From the NCBI RefSeq assembly GCF_006345805.1, contig NW_021835078.1, positions 1-43,518 on the forward strand: a DNA stretch of 43,518 nucleotides, given 5' to 3'. Each line of letters opens with the position of its first letter. The stretch's first letter is position 1. Under the pieces are notes generated by a model. The model was not told the DNA's origin. It did not search any database and saw nothing but the letters and a program-made list of their open reading frames with translations. The stretch is from Octopus sinensis (lineage: Eukaryota). The translations under genes were made by a program, and so were the position numbers. Below, one piece after another: positions 1-13,433 of the stretch.

Positions 1-255
1 TTGCATGCAAAGGTACAAATTAAACAATTTTCATTGTTACTCTTCCCCCAGACTTCAATCAATAAAATAATAACTATTTTGGGGGGAAAAAGAAGGAAAA
101 CAATTTAGACTTGGTAAAATTTGAGCATATGAACTGCACTATTATACGTACACACTAACACGATATATAATGTGTGTGTGTGTGTGCGTGTGTATATGAA
201 ATAAAATATTAACATATATATACATAGAATATACATACTTACAGCTCTATATATA

Positions 256-291
<36 letters not shown>

Positions 292-429
292 TGTATGTAT
301 GTATGTATGTATGTATGATTTATGTATATATGATCTAATTCTATACAAACACACCTCTTTATAGGCTTATGAAGAAATACATATAAATGTGTGGGTCTGT
401 ATATATACACAAAACACACACACACATAC

Positions 430-498
<69 letters not shown>

Positions 499-607
499 TA
501 TATACACTTAATATAAGTGTATGCATACATATACGTGTGTATGTGTCAATATATATGTATATTGAATGTATGTATGTATAGTATATGTATATACGATATA
601 AATATTT

Positions 608-1458
608 GTGCGTGTGTATGTAAATTGTCGCCATTTTTATATCTTTTAATTTACACATGCGCATTGTCCTTGTGATTTCGTCGACTACACAGTATAGTAG
701 GGTCCGTTGGGTACCGTTTGTGTGTGAAAACGCTACACCATGATGAAGTCACTTTGCCAGAAAATTTGGAAATGACATGGCCTACTGCCTGACATTGGCC
801 ACCGGAGGCTCCAACACGAACATTTCAAAGTTTTTGGGTGTCAATCTGAGGATGCGCAGAGGATTGGAAAGACTTGGATGAGTCTAGTGGTGGTTACGAA
901 AGATCGGCAACTCGAAAAACTCACTTATTATCGTCCTGATGAGAACAGAACTCCTGAATTTGTCGGTAATATCCAGACAGTTATCGACAACAATCCTGGA
1001 CCAGAGGGGTGGCTGCTGAAAGACCCTATGTCTGGCTACAGGAGTCTGTTCCATGTCACACAAGCAGGAGAACCCAGTCGTGGCTGTCAGACTATATTTG
1101 TTGACTACAATCACCCTAACATGGCCACTTATCTCCCCAGGCTCAACAGATTTTTTGGGTGGGGCACAGTTGAGCAAAAGACCAACAAAGCTTCTTCTAA
1201 CACCAACGATGAGCTGAAGGCAAGGATGATGGCAGCATAAGCAAGTAAACAAGAAGACCGTCCAGAAGAGTACAGGAGATTCCGAAGTTGACTGGAGGCT
1301 GTGATTGAAGCCATGGCGAATTTCTTGAATAAATTTACCCTTAGTATTTCAAGATATTTTTATGTAATTTTTGTAAATATTCTTTTTAATGAATGGGAGG
1401 CCAGTGTTTTTTTATTTTTGCATAATTTAGACAACAATTTATTCACCACACGCTGTGT
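608..1458 (+). mobile_element. Degenerate, internally deleted Tc1/mariner transposon (maT/DD37D-like)
   Basis: Frameshifted fragments GGSNTNISKFLGVNLR, RTPEFVGNIQTVIDNNP, RPYVWLQESVPCHTSRRTQSWLS and WGTVEQKTNKASSNTNDELKARMMAA resemble maT transposases as I recall them. Imperfect TIRs at ~608-633 and ~1429-1458. ORF 878-1240 is a chimeric relic. Confidence 0.8.
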
Positions 1459-1494
1459 AATGTATAAATATGTATGTATGTATATATATATATA

Positions 1495-2621
1495 TATAAA
1501 ATATTATTAGAGACAAAACGACTATTTTGCAAAACAAACAAGGGAAAGACTTAATCAATACATAAAATTTTAATAAATAGTCAAAAAAAACGCCAACAAT
1601 CGTTTCTGTCTTGATCGACAATCTTCAGGTGGACTTCCAATCTAAAAAATCAAAATTTTAAAATATAAAAATAATAATTTTAAATAATTAAAGTATAAAT
1701 GAAAAAATATAAGTATATAATCCTATATAACCTATATATATCCATATCGAAAAATATAGACAAATTACCACGAATTCCCTAAAAAAAAAAACCATGATAA
1801 AACAAAAACTCTTAAAACATATAACGATAAAATCTCCCTTGCTAAACTCTAAAACAAACCTATATAGTAATCCCCCTAACCTAAACATTCACACACAAAT
1901 ACACACCGTAAACCACAGACCCACAACTTATACACATAACTATACTAAGTATAAACCTCAATATACACCAAAACCCACTCCCTCCCCACACAGACAAATT
2001 AACACATACATCCCAAAACCTAAATAACAAACCCATATACACATTCAACAAACAAACACACACACACACGAAAACACGCCACACAACAAGATACTATAAT
2101 CTCCTCACATATACGCATATACATACTCACTAAACTCGACATATACAAACAATACTTACACACCCACAAAAAATCATTAAATACATTTATGAGCTTTAAC
2201 TCACCTTAGCAGCTCTAACAAAACAACTTGCAGTAACCCAATCCCATTCTCTATGCCTACCTCACTACTACACTACCATTCACAATTCCAAGCAACGCTA
2301 GTCCACCACCCGGTTATTACGTGGCAAAACGAACACCACTCAAAAAATTATGAATGAAAACAATGTAAAAAATTATATATAGGTTATAGATGGATTACAT
2401 ATACTTATATTTTTTCATTTATATTTAATTATTTAAATTATTATTTTTATATTTTAAAATTTTGATTTTTTAGATTGGAAGTCCACTGAAGATTGTCGAT
2501 CAAGACAAGAGAAACGATTGTAGTGGCGGTTTTTTTTGACTATTTATTAAAATTTTATGTATGATTAAGTCTTCCTTGTTTGTTTTGCAAATAGTGGTTT
2601 TGTCTCTAATAATATTTTATA
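1495..2621. repeat. Long inverted repeat (~245-bp arms) around a G-poor spacer
   Basis: 1495-1739 is the reverse complement of ~2375-2621, differing mostly by small indels. Confidence 0.9.
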
Positions 2622-2719
2622 ATATTTACTATAAATTGGATTTAATCCTAAATCTGATTTTTTTCCCTGTAAATTTGGATTTATTCCCTAATATTTATTA
2701 TATATATATATATATATAT

Positions 2720-3495
2720 ATATAGGGGAGTATTGTAGCCCGCTTGAAACATTGCGTATTGTTTGTAAAGAATAAAAGGTTTTGAATGGTACAACAATGC
2801 ACTATCATACAAACGATGGGCTACATACATGTTGTAATTTAGCCATCCATAGTCTGATGATATTTCGGAATAAACTTCCTTCTTCAGATATTCTTAGATA
2901 GTGTCGCTGCAATAATCGGTTTTCCAACAGCTGTTCTTGTTTTGTTTTGTTATTTTTTGTTGTTGTTTTTTTGTATTTTTTTGTGGGGGGGGGGAAGCGT
3001 CACAGCTGTGGTCTCACGAAGCTCCTTCCGGAATTCCTCATGAGAAGTCCCTGAGGTCGGCCATGTTTCAATCTCGTGTGTGCTGGTACATCCGTAGCGC
3101 TGCTTCTAAATTATGTGTTATACGAGCAGCTTCCTTTTTTTCCTTTTTTCCTTTCTTCCTCTTCTTTTTTCTCTTCTCTTTTATTTATAAACTATAGATG
3201 AGAATATTATCAAAAATGAACCTACACCCAGATGTAGCTGAATAATATATTAATTACCAAACTCCAGCCTCTTGTTAATTTGGGGCCCTAGTCTGTGTAT
3301 GAGTATAGCTTTCTTAACTCTTACATTACCCAAATATCTTTCATTGACTTCAGTGTTGACTGTTATGCTTTTGTCCGGCATCTGTCTAGATGTTTTCTGA
3401 AGAAGGAGGCTCTTGCGTTCAAATGTTCTTTGATGCAGACGTGCAACAGTCTTGTTGTGCTACCCACGTAGAGCTTGTTGCATTTGTTACGTGCG
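2720..3495 (-). mobile_element. Penelope-like element 3' fragment (GIY-YIG endonuclease plus probable pLTR)
   Basis: Minus strand 3250-3495 reads KCNKLYVGSTTRLLHVCIKEHL, then after a frameshift NVRVKKAILIHRLGPQINKRLEFGN*. An HHR-like core lies downstream on the same strand. The extent of the UTR is inferred. Confidence 0.75.
2855..2890 (-). ncRNA. Decayed minimal hammerhead ribozyme motif
   Basis: AU-CUGAAGA-A-GGAA(GUUUA)UUCC-GAAA-UAU-C-AU: intact core, 4-bp stem II, palindromic AUAU stem III, but only 2 bp of stem I. Confidence 0.45.
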
Positions 3496-4967
3496 CGCAT
3501 AGGCAATTAGTATGTGCATTTTTACTCCTTTACATATATGTGTGTGTATGTATATGTATATATGTGTGTGTGTTGTATATGTATATATATATATATATAT
3601 ATAATATATATATGTATATGCATATATATATATATATTGCATATATATGTATACGTATATATATATGTATACATAAATGTATATATATATGTGTGTGTGT
3701 GTGTATGTGTGTATGTGTGTGTGCGTGTGTGTATAAAAGGAAAAGGAAGACAAAACCAAGGCAGGTCATTTAGAATATTTAATTAGAGTAACTTGAATAA
3801 AAAATGGAAAGGTAGAAGTAATTAATGTCTTGCAGCTATTTCTAGGATATCCCAGGTGATGGGTCAACACATCCATATACCTCCCGTCATCAGGGAGACG
3901 AGGTGGGTATGCAGTAAAGTTCCAGATATATATGTATGTATATATGTATGTATGTATTTATGTGTGTATTATGTATGTATGTATATATCTATGTATCTAG
4001 TCTGATGAGAGAGAACGTAAAATTGGAATAACTCGAAGCGAGATATCAAGTGCGATAACCAAAATGAACTCTCTCTCTCCCTTCGGCACTGGGTACCATT
4101 ATGAACTTGTCACTTTCACCTATGTACACTACACACAAACATATTCACTCCCACACACATATATACACACACACACACACACAATCGCAAACTAACGCAC
4201 ACACACGAATATACTTTTACATTTATATTTAGTCACAAATGTGTGTGTGTGTGTGTGTGTGTGTATGTCTGTCTGTCTGTCTGTCTGTCTGTGTCTGCTT
4301 GAAAGTGTCTAAGGAGAGAGCTCATACACAGGGAAAAAAACTTCTTCCCAGAAAAGGTTAGCAGCGACCACATTTTCATAACATTTAAAAAATAAAAATT
4401 TGTTTAGAAAAATCACCTTTACACCTCAAAAACTGTATTAAGTAATCCTCATAGAGTTTCAAATGTGTTGTGTGTGTGTATGTGTGTGTGAGAGAGTGCG
4501 TGATATGAATACACATAGATATGTACGTTTACATATGCATGTGCCTATACGTACACGTTTATGTAGCATATGTAAGTGCATTTATATTTATCTCATCAGG
4601 TTTGTTTGTACACGCACATATATATGCATCATTAAAAATGTACCAGCACTCATAAATCCACATATGTATACATATAAGCATATACGAAATGGAAACCGAA
4701 ACAGAGAAAACCTTGAGAGAGAGAAAGAGAGAGAGGTAGACAGACAGACAAATAGACAGACAGACAGACAGACAGAAAGAAAGAAAGAGAAAAAGAAAGA
4801 AACAAACAAAGAAAGAAGGAAAAAGTAGCAAATTGTGAATATAGGAAAATCTGCGAATGGAACTAAGTATGTGTTTTTGAATTTCTATATTAGAAATTGT
4901 CAATTATTGGTTTTCTCTACTTAGTTGTACAACGTATAAGGAAATAGATATGAATATACATATATAT

Positions 4968-5036
<69 letters not shown>

Positions 5037-5116
5037 ATGAATATTTACAGTGTACTTGTATGTTTATTTATGTGCGTACGTGTATATACGTTTGTGAGTT
5101 CATGTCTATAGGTCTA

Positions 5117-5153
<37 letters not shown>

Positions 5154-5419
5154 TATATATACCAATAGATGTATTTATGCATATACATATATTTATGGTA
5201 TATATATATATATTATATAATATATATATATATATATATATAGACTAATATAATATATAATATGTGTGGTGTGTGGTGTGTGTGTATATGTCTTTCTGTC
5301 TGTTTGTGTGTTTGTGTGTGTGTGTAGGAATATATGTTACATATATGTATGTCTGTGCGTACGTACCCCTTTGAACATCTGTATATGCGAGTATTTGCGT
5401 AGATTCGGGACATTTTGTG

Positions 5420-5451
<32 letters not shown>

Positions 5452-5919
5452 ATTGTGTGTATGTGTATGCGTGTGTTTGTGTCTGAGTGTGTTTGTGTCT
5501 GAGTGTATAAAAGTGTGTGCGTGTATTTGTGCATATGGGTCTGTAACTATGCGATTATATGTTCATGTGTGCGGCATTTCTCACTATAGACTGCACTATA
5601 TTTATTACATTTCTGTAGACCAAAACTCTCTCTCTGACAATGAATTGTTTTATAATAAAAACAAAGATTTAATTAAGTTTACAGCTTTTGTACTTACTCT
5701 GGTTGTTTGTCTCCAGCTTTATACCATTGAATAGATTTACAGAAAGGTTGTGCTATGCTTCAAGCAGTTTTGTTTTGCTTAATCTTTTCGTCTGAAGGAA
5801 GTAGCGCCTGTAGGCCCTCCCAGGAATAGTAAGGAGGCCGATACGTTAAAGTCGTCTTCTTAGTCAACGATTGTAAGTAAAATAGACGTAGGTTTTGGCG
5901 GAGGAATGATCGAATATAG

Positions 5920-6090
5920 GCGCAGACATAGCAGTTTGTTTATGAAGATTGCTTTGCAATCACAGGATTTGTTGTTCAGTCCCACTGTGCAGCAGATTGA
6001 GCTAGTGTCTCGTACTACACTCCCATTCCGGGTTGACTAATGCCTGATGAGTGAGTTTGGTAGATAGAAACCATGTAAGAGCCCACCATA
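5920..6090 (+). mobile_element. Highly degenerate family-A tRNA-SINE
   Basis: Contains GTTCAGTCCCACTG and GAGTGAGTTTGGTAGATAGAAAC, resembling the copy at 10991. Confidence 0.5.
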
Positions 6091-6135
6091 CATACATACA
6101 TACATACATACATACATACATACATACCTACATAT

Positions 6136-6206
<71 letters not shown>

Positions 6207-6307
6207 ATCCAAACATGAAAGCACAAAATACACAACAACGCGAGGACGTGGAACAAATATAGTATTATTGGACGCTCAGGAAAGAAGGAAAGAAGGAAAG
6301 AAGGAGG

Positions 6308-6344
6308 GCTTAACGTTTCGAGCGGAGAGCTCTTCGTCGGAAAC
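6308..6344 (-). ncRNA. Minimal hammerhead ribozyme (U4C core variant)
   Basis: GUUU-CCGACGA-A-GAGC(UCUCC)GCUC-GAAA-CGU-U-AAGC: stem I GUUU/AAGC, stem II 4 bp, palindromic ACGU stem III. Confidence 0.7.
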
Positions 6345-6385
6345 TTAAGAGAAGGAAATATCCAGAGAAGGAAGACATATATGTA

Positions 6386-6432
<47 letters not shown>

Positions 6433-6659
6433 GTATATATATATATACATACACACACACACACATATCGACTAATCTTTTCAAGATAGTGCCCTAGTAT
6501 GTCCGCAGTCCAAACACTGAAACAAGTAAAAGATAAAATAAAAGGTAGTGGTTAGTGTGGAACCTAATAGAGAATGTATTCGAATACACACATGTATGAG
6601 ATGGTGTTAAAACGTGCACCGGATTGAGCCAACTACCAAATACAACGATGGAATCTATG

Positions 6660-6810
6660 ATGGGTTTCACAGTTTCCACTTACCAAATTTCAGTCACATT
6701 GCTTTGGCAGGTCTGAGGTAGATTGATAAGACTTGCTCAAAATATCGCACAGTAAGCTCGAACGCAAAATGAATACTCGGAAAATGATTGTCTTAACCAC
6801 AGAAGCACAG
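6660..6810 (-). mobile_element. Degenerate family-A tRNA-SINE fragment
   Basis: CAGTTTCCACTTACCAAATTTCAGTCAC...GACTTGCTCAA...CTTAACCACAG resembles the reverse complement of the family-A head. Confidence 0.45.
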
Positions 6811-7165
6811 TTAACTTGAACTAATATGTTAGACTTCCCAATCGATGGAAATGCTAGTGACATTCAATGTTCGTGTCTCTGGTTTCTGAGTTCTAAACTG
6901 GATCATGATAAATTAACAACCACTTCATCAGTCAGGAGGGTAAGTTAAATTACATATTTGTTATATAATGAGTCTCATTCGATGGAAGATGTTCTCTTAC
7001 ATACAGGGTTGTTCTAATTTTTGTGTAAAATTACAGTTATATACGTGTGAGTGCATATATACATATATACATACATAAAAATATAAACACACTCATACAT
7101 ACAAGCATACATATATATACACACAAACACACACAATATACATATACAACATACATATATATATA

Positions 7166-7220
<55 letters not shown>

Positions 7221-7287
7221 ATAAAACGGTATAGATAACAAAAGAAAGAGAGACCTCAATATTATGTAAATAGAGGAAATTTATCTA

Positions 7288-7373
7288 TACAATATGTACA
7301 TTACTCGGTAGTCAAGATAAAACTCTGAAACTCAGAGTTTTATCTTGACTACCGAGTAATGTAACATATTGTA
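7288..7373. repeat. Near-perfect hairpin (41-bp arms, 3-nt loop)
   Basis: 7288-7328 pairs with 7332-7373 with one extra A. The apex contains GAAACTCAGAGT. Confidence 0.95.
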
Positions 7374-7410
7374 ATATATATATTATATATATATATATTA
7401 TATATATATA

Positions 7411-7685
7411 TATACAGGAGGATTCCAAAGTCTCCATAAATAGGAAAAATTTATTTTTTTATAAGATACAGTTTATGAGATCCCTATATCCCCTGATCTG
7501 ACCACTCTTGATTTCTATCTTTGGGGGCATTTGAAAGGCATGGTGTATCGCGGAAAGATAAAAGGCATAAATCATTTGAAGGAATGCATCACCAACTCTT
7601 TTGCACACGTATCACCAAATGTGTTCTTACGAGTTCACAATGAGTGGGGTAAACATTTTGCAATATGTATTCAAAACAATGGTAC

Positions 7686-7688
<3 letters not shown>
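7411..7688 (+). mobile_element. Deleted Tc1/mariner (maT-like) relic
   Basis: TATACAGG terminus-like start followed by SPDLTTLDFYLWGHLKGMVY...ICIQNNG, the typical transposase C-terminus. Confidence 0.75.
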
Positions 7689-7731
<43 letters not shown>

Positions 7732-9539
7732 GTGTGATAAGTAAAATATATGCATACATACAAACATATATGTACGGACCTACATCTACATGTATATATA
7801 CATGCATATATAAATATATATACGTGTGTACAGGACACCACAAATAGACGTAGAACTCTCAACGAGAAACGAAAACGTATAAAAACAGCATGGAACGGAC
7901 CATTCCTTTAACAACGAAAAAACAGAGTACAAGACACTATCAAGGAAAAATCCCCTTCATCAGCCGTCCCTAGTTCAACTCCAGCGTGTTTCGAAGGTGA
8001 GGACAGAACACGTCTCTTCGAACTAATCCTTCCTGCGAAAGAATTAAATAAAATTCCTTTGCAGAGGGGTAAAAACAAGGAGAAAAAAATGTGACAAAAA
8101 CACGACGTAAAAATAATACAATTAAAAACAAATACAAAATAGAAATAGAATTACAAGAATATATATACACATACATACATACATACATACATACATACAT
8201 ACATACATTCATGCATGGATGCATGCATACATACATACATACATACATACATACATACATACATACATACATACATACATAAATCTTTAGTTAAATTTAT
8301 TCAATGAGAATATTATATACTGAATTTATATTGAGTGCTCTATTGTATCAAAGTATTAATACTATTAAAGTATTTATATATTTAATACGAGCGATTATAT
8401 ATATTTTATAATATCTTATTATTAATATCAGGAAATCAATATTAGAAAATTCTTCAGAAAGATATGTGTGTAAAATAATTATTGTATCAAAAATATAAAT
8501 ATATATAAAAATATATGTAAATATATAAAAGCATCTTACGATCGTTTCACAGAAATGCGGTCCCTATTATGAAATCGTATATTGATAAGCATTTATAGAC
8601 GACTCTTCTGCTTTTCAGAGATATATAATCTGAATTTTTTAAAATTTGAAGTAATGGTGATTGTTTGAAATATAAATTGAAAATTAAAAATTTTGAGTTT
8701 GGTTTTGGTAAGTCTATGCAAAAGTAACAGATACCCGATGATTCCTATTGAAATTCTTCGGTTGCTTCCTTGAGTAAACGGCTATTAAGAAAAATTGAAA
8801 CTCAAGTAATGTTATCGAGGAAAATTCATAACAGTCATTAAAACTAGATACGCCAAGACATGCAATCTTGTTTTAAAATTATACAGATTATTAAAAATTC
8901 TATTTGCTATAAAATTTCTTTAGTCGCTCGTCTGCGTGGATTGTCACTGATTTCGTGCAAGATCATGATTTGAAACTCAAATTGAAACTAAAATAATAGC
9001 ATCGTAGGGGAGACATAATAGCCATTAAAACCAGATAAGCACTGATATTCAATTTTGTTTTTATACACTATATATTATTAATAACTATGAAAATCTTTAG
9101 TCGTTATCTCCGTTTAATGTTATCAATTTTGCTTCACTTTAATGGAAATTGATAAAGTTACGTATAAATATTAGTAACACTCAGAAAATTTTTTGCCTAT
9201 AAATTCGTCTGTAACAGACTGTACAGACTGTACCCCATTAGGCTTAATGGTGTTTTATCGACCTAATGGGTCACCGGACGTTACATAAGTGTATTTAATT
9301 GCGGTACTATAGTAATATTAACAGAAAGCAAAAATAACAGAAGTGCTTCGATAACTATTTCGCTTAATTCATTTTATTTACGACCAGACTCAGACGTTTC
9401 GGAAACGCATGAGGACCATAACATCTGTTTTCGTTTCTTTTTTATTACATCGGTTTTCTATCTTTCTAATGTATTTATCCCATCAGAGCTGTTATATAAA
9501 TATATGTGTATGTGTCGCATGTGTGACTATATATATATA

Positions 9540-9576
<37 letters not shown>

Positions 9577-9603
9577 TGTCTATATATATATAAATATATA
9601 TTC

Positions 9604-9638
<35 letters not shown>

Positions 9639-10534
9639 TGTATGTACGTATGTATATATATATGTGTGTGTGTATGTGTGTGTATATATATATATACACA
9701 CACACATATATAAACACATATATATATGTATGCACCTATATATGTATATATATACATACTTATACATATATATATGTGTGTATGAGTGTATATATATATA
9801 TATATATATATACATATATAAACATATATATGTATATATGTATGCATCTATATATGTATATATATATGCATATATATATTCTTATACATATATATATGTG
9901 TGAGTGTATGTGTGTGTAAATATATATATATATATATATTACTACATACATACGTGCATTTGTTGTCATGTATCTCTGAAGCAGACAATTTTATAACTCC
10001 CATGTTAAGGAAGCTACTTAAATTATTCATCTCTGGTAACGTACTACGAAGAAATACTTACCCAGGTGATGAGGTGATGTCCTCTACAGCATGTCTCTCC
10101 CCGCCACCCGTTTTATCTCTGCAGCCATTAAGCTTAAGCAATTACATCACAAAAATAACCATTATTATTTCTAATTTTATTCAAATATCAACGCTTTCCA
10201 GTTCAACTAAGTATGTGTATCGTCCCTATACTTTCATTGAAATAATATGAATGTAATGGATAACTAATGAACAGAATTACAGCCAATTCTTAATTCAATT
10301 AACGTGTTAACTTTATCGTTTAAATTGGTTTAGTGGAACGAATACTTTTCTCGCATTAAAGTTCAATCAAAATTAAGTAACAACTTTATGTATAACAACT
10401 TCTATACTAATCGATCTAAACACTATACCAAGATGTTGTTATTGCTTATAACATTCTTCTGAATAATGCATTATCATCACTTCTTGATATCATCCTCCCC
10501 TTCCTCTTCTTTTTCTTTTTATTATTATTATTGT

Positions 10535-10569
<35 letters not shown>

Positions 10570-10570
<1 letters not shown>

Positions 10571-10955
10571 CTTTTCTCAGTTTCTAATGCTGAAAATGTA
10601 CTACAGTGTCAGCTGTTCACTACCAGTGAACTAAGGTAACGCCTCTTATTTTTCGAGCACCTTCCGGCGTATTCGAGCGGTTCCAAGTAGCGCTGTTTTC
10701 TGCAAGTGCTCCAACCTTATTGCAGCCCCTATTTGTTCCACGCACTTCTCGAGATTTTTGCTCACTGTTCCCAGCGCTCAGACAAATATTGGTACTATTG
10801 CTACCTTTTCCATCGATCACAACTGCTTACCTTCCCAAACACATTACACCACATTTCTTGATTTCGTATTCCATCCTATCGTCGGCACTGAGACAGTGGC
10901 CAAGGAACTCACTTGTACGTCATGCTTACCATACAGCTCCAAATCATCCATAATG
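10570..10955 (-). mobile_element. Internally deleted R4-clade LINE fragment
   Basis: MDDLELYGK (RT D-D motif), MEYEIKKCGV, VPIFV*ALGTVSK and LQKTALLGTARIRRKVLEK*, followed by a (CAA)n(TAA)n tail. Confidence 0.75.
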
Positions 10956-10990
10956 AAAAGAAGATTGACTATTATTATTACCATCATCAT

Positions 10991-11153
10991 AGGCGTAGGA
11001 GTGGTTGTGTGCTAAGAAGCTTGCTTACGAATCACATGGTTCCGCGTTCAGTGCCACTGTGTGGTACCTTGGGCAAGTGTCTTCTACTATAGACTATGGC
11101 CGACGAAAGCCTTGTGAGTGGATTTGGTAGACGGAAACTGGGAGAAGCCCGTC

Positions 11154-11191
<38 letters not shown>

Positions 11192-11452
11192 GTGTGTATG
11201 TATGTATGTATGTATGTATGTATGTATGTATGCATGTATGCATGTATATGTTGTGTGTGTGTGTGTTTGTCCCCCCAACATCGCTTGACAACCGATGCTG
11301 GTGTACTTACGTCACCCTAAGCTAGCGGTTCGGCAAAAGAGACCGATAGAATAAGTACTATTACAAAAAATAAGTCCTGGGGTCGATTTGCTCGACTAAA
11401 GGTGGTGCTCCAGCATGGCCACAGTCAAATGACTGAAACAAGTAAAAGAGTA
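10991..11452 (+). mobile_element. Family-A tRNA-derived SINE with internal microsatellite
   Basis: Head AGGAGTGGTTGTGTGCTAAG...GTTCAGTGCC, internal (TA)n(TATG)n(TG)n, tail GACTGAAACAAGTAAAAGAG; repeated elsewhere in the window. Confidence 0.9.
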
Positions 11453-11752
11453 TTGGTGGCGGTGGCGACGTTCACAGCAGGCGGTAGCGGTGGTAGTGGT
11501 TGTGGTTTGGTGGGGGCGCAGGTGTAGTGGTTCAGGTGATGCCCAGTTATAATTCTTCACCGTTTTAAGTGTAATATCTTAGACTGTTGCTTCCTTGTGT
11601 CTGTTGCTTCCTTCTTTGCCAACCACTCCCCTATTTGCCATTCCCTATTAGCCCCTCATTTGAAGGATGGTAGGCAGCGTAATTGGCTTTGTATCAATAT
11701 TTTCTAATTATGGCGCGGCACCGTTTCAAAAAATTCTGTGTGCGTGCCCTTC

Positions 11753-12243
11753 CTCTTTTACTCTTTCACTTGTTTCAGTCATTTGACTGCGGGTTTGAGG
11801 GATCACCGCCTTTAGTCGAGCAATTCGACCCCAGAACTTATTCTTTGTAAGCCTGGTACTTTTTCTATCGGTCACTTATTGCCGAACCGCTAAGTTACGT
11901 GGACTTACACACGCCAGCATCGGTTGTCAAGCGATGTTGGGGGGGGGGGGCAAACACAGACGCACAAACGTACACACACACATGCACGCACACACACACA
12001 CACAACACACACCACCACCACACACACACACACACATATAATATATATATATATATATTATATATATATATATATATACGACGGGCTTCTTTCCAGTTTC
12101 CGTCTGCCAAATCCAATCACAAGGCTTTGGTCGGCCCGAGGCTATAGTAGAAGACACTTGCCCAAGATACCACACAGTGGGACTGAACCCGGAACCATGT
12201 AATTAGTAAGCAAGCTTCTTACCACACAGCCACTCCTGCGCCT
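11753..12243 (-). mobile_element. Family-A tRNA-derived SINE
   Basis: Full-length reverse complement of the 10991 copy. Confidence 0.9.
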
Positions 12244-13100
12244 AGGAACACAGCCATTTCTGCGCCTTGTCGAAGGAACTGTCACACTTTTTTAATGATT
12301 ATTCCTTTAGGTTTTATGTTGCGAATATTGTTACTTTTCTTGCCGTCTTTGCTGCCGATGGTATTGTTTATGTTTTTGCTAAGGCCGTTTGTGCTTCCAA
12401 ATCACAGTTTCTCTAGTTGGGGTGACTGGTAACACAAATTGATAGAGAACTCCTCCTCGTCTCACTTTTTTTTATCTTTCTTGGGAGATATACTGAGCCA
12501 GACATTCGATATTGCCGCACTTGTAGAATTTGTACTTCCATCTTTCTCAAAACATGCATCTTGTCGGATTCGTCGCTAACGAAATGATTCAGGAGTGATA
12601 TTATGTTAAGTAGAAGAAACCAATACTTCGAATCTTATGCTTAACCTTGTCCTACGTCGTTGGCTGGGAGGTAGTTATTACAATAACTTCCTCTTATTTC
12701 TCGACATTTGAAATTACTCTGGAGCCGTCCTGGTGACATGGCATTTTAATAAATCTGAATCTGGTGATGGGGTACCCCATGTGTAGAGAAATAAGCATGT
12801 AATGTTTTGAACTTTATGTATTTGACTCCATACTTGAAGTTTTCCATTTGCTATGAGATATTTCAAATATCATTCTATGTTTCTTCGCTCTCATCCCACA
12901 TCACTCTGCAGACCATACCTCAGGAGGTGAAAGGTTGTAAAAAGGATGTTTTTCTTATTTTTTTTTCTTCAAAACAAATTTACTAATTGGAAAATAGTCG
13001 CTGAAAATAACATCTACATAACTAATCATGTAAAGTAAATGCGCATATACATACAGGCACACAAATACACACACACGTGTATATATATATATGTATATTA

Positions 13101-13179
<79 letters not shown>

Positions 13180-13350
13180 GTTTATATATATCTGTATGTA
13201 TGTGTACATATATATGTATATATGCATACACACACATATACATACATATATATATGTGTGTGTGTATATGCATATATGTATATATATATATGTATACATA
13301 CATATATAGATAGATAGATATACATACATACATGCATACATACATACATG

Positions 13351-13390
<40 letters not shown>

Positions 13391-13393
13391 ATT

Positions 13394-13433
<40 letters not shown>

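Noticed and set aside
878-1240. 120-aa ORF as a novel gene
   Set aside because: Fusion of transposase fragments; the catalytic-region segment lies in another frame.
4002-4038. CTGATGA-GAG...CTC-GAAG as a hammerhead
   Set aside because: A15.1 is G, and no stem III or stem I can be formed.
7950-8025. Minus-strand CGAAAC...CTGATGAAGG as a permuted hammerhead
   Set aside because: No stem I or III between the motifs; probably an uncharacterised repeat.
9385-9412. GAAACGTC motif with short hairpin as a hammerhead
   Set aside because: No recognisable CUGANGA core.
12250-12950. Possible LINE ORF1 zinc-knuckle relic (KFYKCGNIEC, minus strand)
   Set aside because: Only a partial motif amid stops; unsupported without a search.
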